A stretch of 64,000 bases of DNA from an uncultured archaeon (GCA_964407715.1 CAYOWP010000003.1:1-64000); one strand, 5' to 3'. Counted from the first letter of the stretch, positions 41,235 through 51,630 are shown. The notes: a model not told the origin generated them from the sequence alone. Made by a program: numbers and translations.

Positions 41235-42794
41235 CTAACCCAAAAAATCCTTAACAAAGAATTCTCTTGTATGCAAATCAATAATAGTAACCTTTCCGGG
41301 GTTTGCCTTATGCCCAACTCTATCCTGAAATGTAGTTTGAGATTGCCATGTACTTGAAGATATTAATGTGACTCCTTTATAATTTGAAACATCATGGCTG
41401 TGAAGATCTCCAGAAGCAAATATATCAGGAACAATATCTATCACATGCATATCTATTTTCTTAGGTGCTATCAATGTTGAACCATAAATAGGTGCAAGAT
41501 GTCTCCTCTTAAGGAGCTCTCTTATAACTACAGTTGGCTTATCCCTTGCTACTTTCCTTATCTCTGTAATAGCATCTATCATTGCATTGAAACTATATCC
41601 ATGATATAGCAAAACCTTTACCTCTTTTTCATCATCTTTCAATCCAATCAGGCATGGATTCGTTTCTAAATGAATATTCTTCATTTTTGCTGCCTCAGGA
41701 ATCAATTTCTCTGTAAGAGGAGGTTGTGGTTCTGCTAACCTAACAGCATCATGATTTCCAGGGATGACTATTACCTGGATATGCTCAGGAATCTTTAGAA
41801 GAAAATCCTCAAATGCCTTATATTGATCATAAATATTGGTAATTTCAAGCTCATTTATTTGCTCTGGATAAATGCCTATTCCATCCACGTTATCCCCTGC
41901 AATAAATAAGAACTTTAAGCGGGAAGCCAACTCATCGCCACTTTTTAACCATTTAAAGAATTTATTCATTATATCTTTAATAAAAAGTTTGCTGCCAAAA
42001 TGAAGATCAGAGATGAATGCTGCAGTTAGAGGAACATCAAGCTTTGCTATATTATCAGAGGAAGGCATGGGTATGTCAGGATATAAAATATTGCTGATTA
42101 TAAAATTACCCTTTGAATTTACCTTTCCCTTAAATGCTAATACATCATCATTAACAATATTTTCTGCCTCTTTTTTTATTTCTTCGCGAGGTATTGCAAG
42201 AATGCGATCAGTCTCATCCTCTATTATAAATCTCAAGAATCCGCTACGAGAGAGAAGTTTTTCTCTAACGATTGCTATTACTGTCACTTCCCTATCCCTC
42301 ATATTATTTCTTTTTAAATTCTCAATACTCACAACATTCCTAACCCCATTCCTTTGCAAAAGTAATGACCTCAACTTCCTATATCTATCATTAAAGTACT
42401 CAATAAAGTTTTGTACTGTAATCTTGGACTCATAATCTGTATTTAGATTCCATATCTTGTTAATCTCAACACTATAATTCTTTGCCTCATAATACATTGA
42501 TGCCCTTATGATTTCTATTTTCTCCGCAATATCTCTTTTTATGCTCTCCAATTCCTCTTCTATCATATCGCGGGTAATGATGGTATCGTGATATTTCCTT
42601 ATAATAAAAATAAACTTATCTTTTTTTGACTCATGCATTAGCATGTATTCAACAGCATCTTTTGTAATAAGAAGATTTCTTTCGAGGGAAATCTCAATTA
42701 TTTGATCTATGAAATCCTTATTTGTTTTATGATGCTTATCATAATAAACATCATCAGAGTTCTGAATAATCTCAGAAGAAGAATTTGTATCCAT
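41235..42794 (-). CDS. DNA polymerase D small subunit DP1
   Basis: OB fold plus phosphoesterase motifs: ISDLHFGS, GDNVDGIGIYP, PGNHDAVRLAEPQP, RRHLAP. Confidence 0.95.
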   Translation of the reverse strand: MDTNSSSEIIQNSDDVYYDKHHKTNKDFIDQIIEISLERNLLITKDAVEYMLMHESKKDKFIFIIRKYHDTIITRDMIEEELESIKRDIAEKIEIIRASMYYEAKNYSVEINKIWNLNTDYESKITVQNFIEYFNDRYRKLRSLLLQRNGVRNVVSIENLKRNNMRDREVTVIAIVREKLLSRSGFLRFIIEDETDRILAIPREEIKKEAENIVNDDVLAFKGKVNSKGNFIISNILYPDIPMPSSDNIAKLDVPLTAAFISDLHFGSKLFIKDIMNKFFKWLKSGDELASRLKFLFIAGDNVDGIGIYPEQINELEITNIYDQYKAFEDFLLKIPEHIQVIVIPGNHDAVRLAEPQPPLTEKLIPEAAKMKNIHLETNPCLIGLKDDEKEVKVLLYHGYSFNAMIDAITEIRKVARDKPTVVIRELLKRRHLAPIYGSTLIAPKKIDMHVIDIVPDIFASGDLHSHDVSNYKGVTLISSSTWQSQTTFQDRVGHKANPGKVTIIDLHTREFFVKDFLG

Positions 42795-42831
42795 AAAGTT
42801 ATTTAAATTACAATAAATATTTTAAAAGATT

Positions 42832-43641
42832 ATGGCGACAAAAAGAGGAAGTATAAAAAGGAAAGCATTAATCTTTGAGATATATTTTTATATATTGGCA
42901 TTTCTCTTTACAATTGCATTAGCAATGCTTTATTATATCACGAGTCATCCACCAACAAGTGATCATCATGTCAGAATCATAAATGTATTTTCCAAGGAAA
43001 TTGGGACATTTAAAATACCTACAAGCGAAATAATAGGATATTCTTATCTAAAAATACCTGCTGTCATGAATAATAGCAAACCTGTATATGTTATAGCAAA
43101 AATGTTTATAACTCCAGGTAGCGGAAACATATTTATTAATATAAAGGATACGCTATTAGGTGAGGATACGCAACATAGTATAAGAAAAGCTATAAGATAT
43201 GCCTTACAGCATGAAAAAATACCTCAAAACATATATGACTTTTATGTAAACATAGAAAGTGATGCATCTGTCTTAATAGGCCCAAGTGCTGGTGGGTCTT
43301 TTGGAGTATTATCTATAGCAGCATTAAGAAATAAAATGCCAAGACAAGATGTCATGATGACAGGGACTTTAAGTAAAGATGGTAGAATAGGATTAAGCGG
43401 GAAAATATATGAAAAGGCATTAGCATCAAAGATAAGTGGTGCAAAAATCTTCTTAGTGCCAAAAGGACTAAGCAAAATTGAGAAAGTTGATGTACAAGAA
43501 GAATGTGACTATTATGGAGGTAAAAGATATTGCGAGGTTATTGAGTATATAAACATAAAGGATTTGGCAAATGAGACAGGTATGGAGGTTCATGAAATAG
43601 AGACATTAGATGATGCACTGAAATATTTTGGAATAGAATAA
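42832..43641 (+). CDS. Membrane-anchored S16 (Lon-like) serine protease
   Basis: GPSAG catalytic Ser, MMTGTL..DGRIG..GKIYEK, FLVP. Confidence 0.85.
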   Translation: MATKRGSIKRKALIFEIYFYILAFLFTIALAMLYYITSHPPTSDHHVRIINVFSKEIGTFKIPTSEIIGYSYLKIPAVMNNSKPVYVIAKMFITPGSGNIFINIKDTLLGEDTQHSIRKAIRYALQHEKIPQNIYDFYVNIESDASVLIGPSAGGSFGVLSIAALRNKMPRQDVMMTGTLSKDGRIGLSGKIYEKALASKISGAKIFLVPKGLSKIEKVDVQEECDYYGGKRYCEVIEYINIKDLANETGMEVHEIETLDDALKYFGIE

Positions 43642-43687
43642 GATTTAAAATATCCAAAAATTATATTTAATTATTTAAGGTGATAAA

Positions 43688-43954
43688 ATGCCAGAATTTG
43701 AAGGATTAGATAGAGGATGGAAACAAGCAAAACATAGGGGAAAATCCACAATGGTCACTTGTGGGTTTTGCGGAAGACAGTTCCCAAGATTCAAAGCATT
43801 CGTTATTTACAGGGGTTTTAGGATAACAGACCCCGCTCTAAAGAGATTGCTTGATAAGAAAGTATTTACTGGAGGATTTGATAGAAAAATGTATGTATGC
43901 CCAAAATGCGCAAGATTCTATGGTGTGGTACAAAAAGGTAAGAATAAACTGTAA
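43688..43954 (+). CDS. rps26e: 30S ribosomal protein S26e (eS26) homologue
   Basis: RG..MVTCGFCGRQFPRFKA ... D..L ... YVCPKCARFYGVV matches the eS26 zinc-finger pattern. Confidence 0.75.
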   Translation: MPEFEGLDRGWKQAKHRGKSTMVTCGFCGRQFPRFKAFVIYRGFRITDPALKRLLDKKVFTGGFDRKMYVCPKCARFYGVVQKGKNKL

Positions 43955-43967
43955 ATGAGGGATAAAT

Positions 43968-44339
43968 ATGGGAATCATCACGTTATCTTATGCAACACAG
44001 GATATGAAAGTTAAACAAACAATTGAGGAAATAGAAAATAAAAAAGTAAGAGTATCTATTTATAGGATTTATAGTGATGGAGATATACATGAATTATGTT
44101 TTGATACATATGCAGAAAGCTTAAAAGATTACATGAAAAATCTAATCAAATATATTGAGTTTGAGATAAAGGAGATAGAAAAAATCAAAGAATTCTCAAT
44201 AACTTATTCCTCTAAAGAGGGTAAGATTACATATAAAGCACAAAAAGATATTCGTGATGCTCTACAACAAATATATACTAAAATCACATCTGAATCACCT
44301 AAGAAAATCTATAACCTAAAAAGATACTATAGAAGGTGA
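43968..44339 (+). CDS. Hypothetical protein
   Basis: 123-aa ORF with RBS, inside a co-directional cluster. Confidence 0.65.
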   Translation: MGIITLSYATQDMKVKQTIEEIENKKVRVSIYRIYSDGDIHELCFDTYAESLKDYMKNLIKYIEFEIKEIEKIKEFSITYSSKEGKITYKAQKDIRDALQQIYTKITSESPKKIYNLKRYYRR

Positions 44340-44346
44340 TAATAGT

Positions 44347-45315
44347 ATGGTAAGCGTAAATGAGGTGTGGACAGAGAAATATAGACCAAAAACTTTAAGC
44401 GAAATTGTTGATCAAGAGCATGTAATCAAAAGGTTAAAAGCATTTGTTGAAGAAAAAAACATCCCAAATTTATTATTTGCTGGCCCTCCAGGAACTGGTA
44501 AAACCACAACAGCAATAGCATTGGCAAGGGATCTTTATGGTGAAGAATGGAGACACAACTTCTTAGAGTTAAACGCATCTGATGAAAGAGGAATAGATGT
44601 TGTGAGAGGAAAAATAAAGGATTTTGCAAGAACAAAACCAATGAATGTAGATTTTAAAATCATCTTTTTAGATGAGGCTGATGCTCTAACTCAGGATGCG
44701 CAACAGGCATTAAGGAGAACCATGGAAAAATACGCGAATATCACGCGATTTATACTCTCATGTAACTACTCCTCCAAAATAATCTCTCCTATTCAATCGC
44801 GATGTGCAGTATTTAGATTTAAACCTCTTCCAGATGATGCTGCGAAAGGATTGCTTAAAAGAATAGCGGAAAAGGAAGGTGTAGAGGTGAATGACAAAGC
44901 TCTTGATGCATTAATAAATCTTTCTGAGGGAGATTTAAGAAAAGCAATCAACATACTTCAATCACTTGCTATATTACATAAGGCAATTAATGAGGATGCT
45001 GTATATGAATTAGCAGCATCTTTGAAGCCAAAAGAGGTTGAGGAAATCATAACCTTGGCTATGAATGGCAAATTCACAGAGGCAAGGGAGAAACTATTGC
45101 GCCTTATGGCTTATAGAGGTATGTCAGGAAGTGATGTAATAAGAGACTTCCATGCAGCAGTAAGAAACTTGGACATAGATGAGAAGTTAAAGATAAAGCT
45201 TATAGATAAACTTGCAGAATATGAGTTCCGCATATCTGAAGGTGCAAGTGAGGATGTGCAAATCGAAGCCATGCTTGCTCAATTCGCTTTAATTTCATCC
45301 CAGCAAAAGGAATGA
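44347..45315 (+). CDS. rfcS: Replication factor C small subunit
   Basis: WTEKYRP, GPPGTGKTT, ELNASDERG, LDEADAL, IQSRC; no intein. Confidence 0.97.
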   Translation: MVSVNEVWTEKYRPKTLSEIVDQEHVIKRLKAFVEEKNIPNLLFAGPPGTGKTTTAIALARDLYGEEWRHNFLELNASDERGIDVVRGKIKDFARTKPMNVDFKIIFLDEADALTQDAQQALRRTMEKYANITRFILSCNYSSKIISPIQSRCAVFRFKPLPDDAAKGLLKRIAEKEGVEVNDKALDALINLSEGDLRKAINILQSLAILHKAINEDAVYELAASLKPKEVEEIITLAMNGKFTEAREKLLRLMAYRGMSGSDVIRDFHAAVRNLDIDEKLKIKLIDKLAEYEFRISEGASEDVQIEAMLAQFALISSQQKE

Positions 45316-45321
45316 TGCCAA

Positions 45322-45864
45322 ATGTCAAAAAAGATAATCGCTGAGATAACTACAAATAGAAATTTCAAATTTGATAAAAATGCAATGTTCAATGCATTGA
45401 TCAAAACAAGCCATATGAAAAGTAATGAATTGAAGATCTCGCTCGAGATAAACTCTCCAAAGTTTGATTCCCTATTAATTCATCTTATAGAGAAGCAACC
45501 CCGTGAGAAACTTGAAATTTTATATCCAGTCAATATAAATGAAAATAAAGGCGGCAATTTAAGATGGATCAAATTGAATTTTATATTTTTTGTTTTTAAT
45601 CCTCAGACAAAGGTTAATATCACGCCTATATTAAGTACATCACATAATAACCTAAACAAGGAAGTGCATATACGAAAGGTAATATTTTGTGAGTCATCAA
45701 AACATAATATTCATTTTTCTATTAAATATCTCCATGACTCAATAAGAGAAAACACAATTTTTGAAGAATCTTTTATAGATTTACGTGAGTATAAAGATGT
45801 AAAGGATATCATCTTCCAAGACTATCTTTCTTATGTGCATCCAAACTCTCAAAAACTTCCATAA
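45322..45864 (+). CDS. Hypothetical protein
   Basis: 180-aa ORF directly after rfcS. Confidence 0.55.
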   Translation: MSKKIIAEITTNRNFKFDKNAMFNALIKTSHMKSNELKISLEINSPKFDSLLIHLIEKQPREKLEILYPVNINENKGGNLRWIKLNFIFFVFNPQTKVNITPILSTSHNNLNKEVHIRKVIFCESSKHNIHFSIKYLHDSIRENTIFEESFIDLREYKDVKDIIFQDYLSYVHPNSQKLP

Positions 45865-46957
45865 GTTTGTTTAGATGGTTACGAGCTGAAAAAATCTTGC
45901 TCAACTTATCTAATTTATTTATTTTAGCTTTCCTTGTTCTGATTTCCTTTAAAATTCTTTGGAAATCTCTCTCATTTTCAAAAAAATATATATCTTTGCT
46001 ATCAATAACCCTTGCTAATTCCTCAACACCTCTATTTCTATACGCTATAACAGGCACTCCCAATTTTAAAGATTCCAAAACAATAAAAGGTATGCCCTCA
46101 TAATTACTTGGTAAAACTATACATAAAGCATTAGCTACAAGATTCCTCAACTCTTTTTTGTTTTTCTTGCCTAAAAAAAGAATCCTATCACCATAAGGAG
46201 AAAGTATCTTCTCATAAACTTCTCTTAAATACCCATCACCCACAATATATAACTTAATATCGCTATTCAATAAGCAGTTAAGATAACATTTAATCAATCT
46301 ATCCAACCTTTTTAAAGAGATTATTCTTCCAACAAAAAGCAGATATTTTTCCTTTTTTCTAGTTGTTATCCTGCTCTCTGGCAGATTGATGAAATTTTCT
46401 ATAATCCTTATTTTATCAGGATTGATTTTGTAATATTCAATTAATGTGTTTTTGAGATGTTTTGCAGGTGTAATTATCATTAATGCCCTCTTAAATATCA
46501 GATATGATAGCAATCTCCTAATTATCCCATGCTTTGTGTGATATAGAAACTCCTCATAAGGCACAGAAAAAATCTTTTTATCATAATAACTCTCATATGC
46601 CCAATCTCCAACAAACCTTAGGAGATATCTTTTAAACGATAAAAAACATGATAATCCGCTAATACCAACATCCTGAGCATACACTATCTTATTCTTAGAC
46701 ATCTTTCTTATGAAATATGCCATAATCAATATCCTTATAGGATAACTTATTTTTGTGCTATTAAAGTATACTTTCCTCAAGAGATAATACTTCTTTCCAT
46801 TTTCTATTCTAACCTCAGATCTTGTTGTATTATAGAAATTAAATGAAAGAACCTCGATATTTTGGAGGTGCTTTGTTAAAAAATCTACATAGTTGCTTAC
46901 TCCTCCTATTTCTGGGAATACAATACCAGACACAACTAGAACATCTCTTTTTGTCAT
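45809..46957 (-). CDS. Glycosyltransferase family 4
   Basis: FPEIGG, FVGRI..K, VGDG, EGIPFIVLES..LGVPVI. Confidence 0.92.
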   Translation of the reverse strand: MTKRDVLVVSGIVFPEIGGVSNYVDFLTKHLQNIEVLSFNFYNTTRSEVRIENGKKYYLLRKVYFNSTKISYPIRILIMAYFIRKMSKNKIVYAQDVGISGLSCFLSFKRYLLRFVGDWAYESYYDKKIFSVPYEEFLYHTKHGIIRRLLSYLIFKRALMIITPAKHLKNTLIEYYKINPDKIRIIENFINLPESRITTRKKEKYLLFVGRIISLKRLDRLIKCYLNCLLNSDIKLYIVGDGYLREVYEKILSPYGDRILFLGKKNKKELRNLVANALCIVLPSNYEGIPFIVLESLKLGVPVIAYRNRGVEELARVIDSKDIYFFENERDFQRILKEIRTRKAKINKLDKLSKIFSARNHLNKLMEVFESLDAHKKDSLGR

Positions 46958-46978
46958 AATTGAGTTCCTCTTACATTA

Positions 46979-47152
46979 TCATTGCTTCTTTGCTTTAGTA
47001 CCTCTTTTTATTGGCCTGAGTTTTTTATAACCACACTTTCTGCATCTTGTTTTATGAGGTTTTGTGGTTCTTATTCTGGCATTGCATCTCATACATATAT
47101 AAACATTCTTATACATTCTATCCAAAACCTCTTGAGGAATCATACCTGCCAT
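46979..47152 (-). CDS. rpl40e: 50S ribosomal protein L40e
   Basis: ICMRCNAR, CRKCGYKKLRP; ATG 47152 follows GGTGA. Confidence 0.92.
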   Translation of the reverse strand: MAGMIPQEVLDRMYKNVYICMRCNARIRTTKPHKTRCRKCGYKKLRPIKRGTKAKKQ

Positions 47153-47223
47153 TTTGATCACCAAGAATATTTTTAAATACATACCGTTAATTTTAAAAAA
47201 TTTAAGAGATTTAAATTAGTGTA

Positions 47224-47496
47224 GTGATGATTATGAAAGAGGAAAGGATAAGAGGAAAGGAGCTATTGGGCAAGATGGTCGTTAGTGATGAAACTGGTAG
47301 AAGCTTTGGAAAGGTCGGGGATTTCTCTTTTATTGCAGAGACAGGTGAGCTTCTCAATTTAGTCCTTGTAGAGCCTACAAAGATAGTGTCTGAGCTAAAC
47401 CTGAATGTAGATGAGAAAGGAAGAATCTTAATCTCCTTCTCTGCTGTGAAGTCCATAGGCGATTTTATTATAGTAAGTGAAAAGGACATCTATTAG
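47224..47496 (+). CDS. PRC-barrel domain protein (CdpB-like)
   Basis: LLGKMVV..TG..FGKV.D..F..ETGEL, AVKSIGDFIIV. Confidence 0.85.
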   Translation: MMIMKEERIRGKELLGKMVVSDETGRSFGKVGDFSFIAETGELLNLVLVEPTKIVSELNLNVDEKGRILISFSAVKSIGDFIIVSEKDIY

Positions 47497-48234
47497 TTAT
47501 TTTTTTATTTCCCATATCTTTGCTATCTCCTCCTCATAAAACTCCATATTTGCGGGAATAACAATACACTGCGCATAATCATCCCAATACTTAACCTCTT
47601 TTTTTAAAGAACTCAATTTTCCATACAGAATCTTTTCTTTTTCCCCTCCTAATCCATAGCAAACGAATATCTTTTTATTAGTTAATTCAGGAAGATAGCG
47701 TGATATAAGATCCAATGCATCATAGCACCTAAGATGTATATCCAATAAAACCAAAGAGTGTAAATTGCTCTTATAATTGTTTCTTATGTTCTCAAATGGT
47801 GTTTGAGGATATGTAGGAAAGCTTTCTGGATGAGGTAAAGAAACAACTCTACCAAATCTATATAATGAGAGACCTGTTTTTGCAATAGATGTAAAGATAG
47901 ATGAGCCATGAATTACCTTGCATTGCACGTTTTTTTCATAACACAATCTAAGAAAATACACATGTGTAGTTGCGCTGAGAATGTCTCCTTGTGCGCATAA
48001 ACATATATCTTTTATAGAAGCTTCATCAACAATCTTCTCAGCCATGTTCTCCACTTCCTCACGTGAAAGCAAGATTACTTTTCTCCCTAAGCATCTCTCC
48101 AAGGATTCCTTAGAATGCAAAGTATTTGAGGTATATCTCTCAAAATATACTTTATCCGCTCTTGTAAGAATATCATATGCTCTCAAGCTCATATCTTTAA
48201 CATCCCATATGCCTAAGGATACCAAATAAAGCAT
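47497..48234 (-). CDS. dph5: Diphthine synthase
   Basis: LYLVSLGI, ERYTS, GD..SATTH, TGLSLYRFG, HSLVLLDI. Confidence 0.93.
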   Translation of the reverse strand: MLYLVSLGIWDVKDMSLRAYDILTRADKVYFERYTSNTLHSKESLERCLGRKVILLSREEVENMAEKIVDEASIKDICLCAQGDILSATTHVYFLRLCYEKNVQCKVIHGSSIFTSIAKTGLSLYRFGRVVSLPHPESFPTYPQTPFENIRNNYKSNLHSLVLLDIHLRCYDALDLISRYLPELTNKKIFVCYGLGGEKEKILYGKLSSLKKEVKYWDDYAQCIVIPANMEFYEEEIAKIWEIKK

Positions 48235-48284
48235 AATCTTAGATATCCCAATAAAAAATTTAAAAAGAATAAAAAGTGTGAAAG

Positions 48285-48334
48285 TGGAGGCTCATCGTGT
48301 ACTCATCGGAAATGCCTTTCCTCACTTACCTCCA
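48285..48334 (-). other. GC-rich stem-loop directly after a stop codon (terminator or K-turn RNA)
   Basis: TGGAGGT...GCCTCCA outer stem, GGAAA/TTTCC inner stem, followed by a T-rich tract. Confidence 0.5.
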
Positions 48335-48336
48335 TC

Positions 48337-49416
48337 TTAAAATGTATCTGCAATAACAGTCAAATAACCTGTATATCCTGCTGCAACAACTCCATAAGGC
48401 ACACGTGTTTCTATTTGCATAACAATTCCTTGCCCTGGCAACAATCCTTGCGATGGATTGCTCGTGCTGAACACATATCCATTATTGCTTAACAAACCAT
48501 CTGCTCCTGATGGTATTGCATCTCTATTCCACTTCACCAATCTTACATGACTACAATCGCCTGATATTAACATCAAATATTCCTCTCCTGATACAGGATA
48601 TTCAACAGCTCTTGTTGGATACACATATCCTGTTGTTGCATCATAGCTAGTATATTTTATAACGATTTCATCTCCATCCCTCAAATTGATATCTCCAGTA
48701 TCAGTTACATTGTGTGGTTCATTTGGATTACCTAATACCAACCAAATAGGTGTTGTGGTTGAGGCTGCCGAACATGGTGAAGTAGGATCAGTAGCATTTA
48801 TTGCCCAGAAATACTCCTTGTTAGCAAACCTCAACCTACCATAACTTACAGTGTTAAGTGGTGTGTTTAAATACACCAATTCCTTGGATTCATTAAACTC
48901 AATCCTATCCACATAGCTCATACTATTATTGTATGTAGGTGCATTTCCTTTACTCTTTATCCATGTTACATTTACAGCAATCCAGTTTCCTGGATCATAA
49001 TATGATGCAAAACCACTACCAAATGGATTCTGTGCTGGCTGTGTCACATTTAGCCATACATGGGTTATATTTGTTGAACCCATGTTCTCAATTTCAAAGG
49101 AACTTAACTGGACTGCATCATTTGTTCCATCTGTCACATTGTATACCTTTCCTATGCTTCCTGGATCCAGCAATCCGAAATCCATATTCTCTGGTGTAAT
49201 ATCAATAATTGTCTTTTGATTTATGCTCACCTCAATCAAAGATTCGTCTGCAGAATATGTTGCATTTGAAAAGCTTCCATATACAAGAGCGCCTTGCTTA
49301 TAAGCAATACCAATTATAAACAAAAAGCCTATAAGCAAAGCGCTCACTACTCCTATACCCAATTTCGCCTTTTTATATCTCGAAGCCTTCTTTAAGTTCA
49401 ACCACATTTCCTCCAT
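48337..49416 (-). CDS. Secreted surface protein, paralogue A
   Basis: N-terminal TM/signal; shares IENxGSxNIT, PFGxG, YDxGN, GRxR..EYFW, DTGD and VPYGV with its neighbour. Confidence 0.8.
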   Translation of the reverse strand: MEEMWLNLKKASRYKKAKLGIGVVSALLIGFLFIIGIAYKQGALVYGSFSNATYSADESLIEVSINQKTIIDITPENMDFGLLDPGSIGKVYNVTDGTNDAVQLSSFEIENMGSTNITHVWLNVTQPAQNPFGSGFASYYDPGNWIAVNVTWIKSKGNAPTYNNSMSYVDRIEFNESKELVYLNTPLNTVSYGRLRFANKEYFWAINATDPTSPCSAASTTTPIWLVLGNPNEPHNVTDTGDINLRDGDEIVIKYTSYDATTGYVYPTRAVEYPVSGEEYLMLISGDCSHVRLVKWNRDAIPSGADGLLSNNGYVFSTSNPSQGLLPGQGIVMQIETRVPYGVVAAGYTGYLTVIADTF

Positions 49417-49455
49417 ATTTCCTCACCTCCACTTTCAATTCATAATTGATCATGA

Positions 49456-50448
49456 TTATTCAGTTCTTACGAAAACAGTTAGTTTTCCCTGCTTTACTGG
49501 ACCATAGGGTACGCCATAAGGCACGTATACTTGTATATATGCCTTAGCCACCCCTCCAGGATAAACATATGTCCCATTCAAAAAATAGCCATGGTTAATT
49601 TGACTGCATATTGAGGTATCAGCACCAGGGAGATCAGCATTGTATCTATTGAAAATCACCTTTGAGCAATCCTCAGGTATTACAATACAGTATTTATCAG
49701 TTCCATTTACATCAACTAATGCAACCCCATAGTAATCAAGAAGATACTTTACTGGCGTAACTAATATAGCAGAGTTATCTGTTAAGTCAGAATCTCCTGT
49801 GTCTTCTTGAGTTTTTGGGGTATCTGAAATATAAAAATTGCCATAACTACAATTTTGACCACCTGCTAATGTATTAAATTCCCAAAAGTATTCATAAGAA
49901 TTATTCCTAAATCTTCCAAAGATTATTCCATAAAGATATGAGCTGTCATTTATTGCCTTATGTGTCTTAACATACATGGAATCTGATTCAGGATACTCAA
50001 CTCTATTCACAAAGTAAAATTTGGAAGAATCATTAGAAAGTACAACAAAATTTCCTGCATCATATTTATCTGGATCCCCTGTTCCAAATGGAAAAGAAGA
50101 AGGATATGTAGCATTAAACCATATAGAAGTTATGTTCACTGATCCAATATTTTCAATCCATATTGCCTCATAATTGTTTTCCTCTAAGGAGCTGTCACCA
50201 ACACCTCCGGGAGGAACATTACTCCATGCAAGTTGTGATGGATTGATATCAACCAAACTTACCTGAGAAACATTAACAATTATTGTGATGGTATCGTTTG
50301 CGGTATTTTGTGCATAAGAAAGAAAAGATCCTGCTTTAAAAATCATAAATAGATAAATTGAACCAATCAAAGTTCCCAATACATAACTCCACAAAAATAC
50401 CTTCTTTTTTCTTTTTAGATAATTATAACTAGGTCTTCTAACACTCAT
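49456..50448 (-). CDS. Secreted surface protein, paralogue B
   Basis: Same motif series as 48337-49416. Confidence 0.8.
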   Translation of the reverse strand: MSVRRPSYNYLKRKKKVFLWSYVLGTLIGSIYLFMIFKAGSFLSYAQNTANDTITIIVNVSQVSLVDINPSQLAWSNVPPGGVGDSSLEENNYEAIWIENIGSVNITSIWFNATYPSSFPFGTGDPDKYDAGNFVVLSNDSSKFYFVNRVEYPESDSMYVKTHKAINDSSYLYGIIFGRFRNNSYEYFWEFNTLAGGQNCSYGNFYISDTPKTQEDTGDSDLTDNSAILVTPVKYLLDYYGVALVDVNGTDKYCIVIPEDCSKVIFNRYNADLPGADTSICSQINHGYFLNGTYVYPGGVAKAYIQVYVPYGVPYGPVKQGKLTVFVRTE

Positions 50449-50656
50449 GTTTTATCTCCCTTCTTGTCTTATCTCCCTTCTAAAAATGAAAAATAAAAAT
50501 AAAAGCAAATTACTTCAATGCCTGAACGGGGTGGTGGATACCAATATCAATAAAATAACCATTATACGGTATTATTAGATATGTCCTCAGAGAATATATA
50601 TGCTTTTCTATACTTAAGTTGTGAAAATATAACTACATAAAAAGATATTGATATAA

Positions 50657-50676
50657 AAAGATATCGAGATATCTTT
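50657..50676. promoter_or_regulatory. Palindrome, candidate operator
   Basis: AAAGATATC-GA-GATATCTTT, with an extra half-site AAAGATAT at 50641. Confidence 0.35.
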
Positions 50677-50688
50677 CTTCTTAGTATA

Positions 50689-51567
50689 TCATGGATACCT
50701 TTCTAATATCTCGAAATCTTCCATTTTTCCATCGCTATCTCTGTCAACTCCTTCAATAATTATGTATGCTTCATCACGGCTCATAATTTCATCATAAATG
50801 GATTTAAATGCATTTATTGAGATTTCTGTAGAAATTATGTTAATACCGCTCAAAAGAACATAAGGCACTTTATTAGCGATAATCTTGCATATAAGAGCCA
50901 TGCTCTCTTCATTATATTGATTTTTTGTGATCGAAGATCTTATACCTCTATAATGCACTTCCTCATCATAATATACTTTCATCTTTTTGTTTAATTTATA
51001 AGTGAGCATATTGGTTAATGGACCTCCTATCACAAAAACATATGTTCCATCTTTAATATCTTCCTCACTGAATAAAGTATCAAAAGTAACATCTATGTTC
51101 CATCCTTTGCTTCCAAGAAAACTTCCCAATACACCTGCTAAATATCCGTCTCTTGCACGAAGATTGAACTTGCCATGTGCATCTGGGGATCCAACCACTA
51201 TAATTCCACGAAGCAATGATCCTTCTGAAATAGGTGCCTTGCTTTTAAATTCATCATTGAGAAATAAAACGAGTGCATCTGCATCAAAGGAATATCTTTT
51301 CTCCTCAAAATTTCTTATACGAGTCTGATTTTTAAGATGCACCAATCTTGCTTTTTCTAGCTTTCTAAGGTGGTAATATATTGAGAAAACGTCCTCCTTC
51401 ATTATAGATGCTATTTCTTCTCCTGATAATAACTCATGCTTAGATAGCAGTTCTAAGATTCTTATTCTTTTAAGATTTGAAACCTCCTTTATCTGTGCCT
51501 CATCAATTATCTTCCCTCTAAATACATACCTTTTCCCCTTCTCCTCATAATAAAAAAGATTTGCCAT
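50689..51567 (-). CDS. ArsR-like HTH regulator fused to an S-layer-C-like domain
   Basis: RIRILELL...IYYHLRKLEKARLV; IVVGSPDAHG; VIGGPLTNMLT. Confidence 0.8.
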   Translation of the reverse strand: MANLFYYEEKGKRYVFRGKIIDEAQIKEVSNLKRIRILELLSKHELLSGEEIASIMKEDVFSIYYHLRKLEKARLVHLKNQTRIRNFEEKRYSFDADALVLFLNDEFKSKAPISEGSLLRGIIVVGSPDAHGKFNLRARDGYLAGVLGSFLGSKGWNIDVTFDTLFSEEDIKDGTYVFVIGGPLTNMLTYKLNKKMKVYYDEEVHYRGIRSSITKNQYNEESMALICKIIANKVPYVLLSGINIISTEISINAFKSIYDEIMSRDEAYIIIEGVDRDSDGKMEDFEILERYP

Positions 51568-51630
51568 ATCATTTAAATTTATTTTTAAACATTTTAAATA
51601 TTTTTATGTTTAGAAGTTTAGAATCAAATC

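Noticed and set aside
48285-48334. Hairpin as a hammerhead ribozyme or SECIS
   Set aside because: No CUGAUGA/GAAA core in the correct order, and no in-frame UGA selenoprotein nearby
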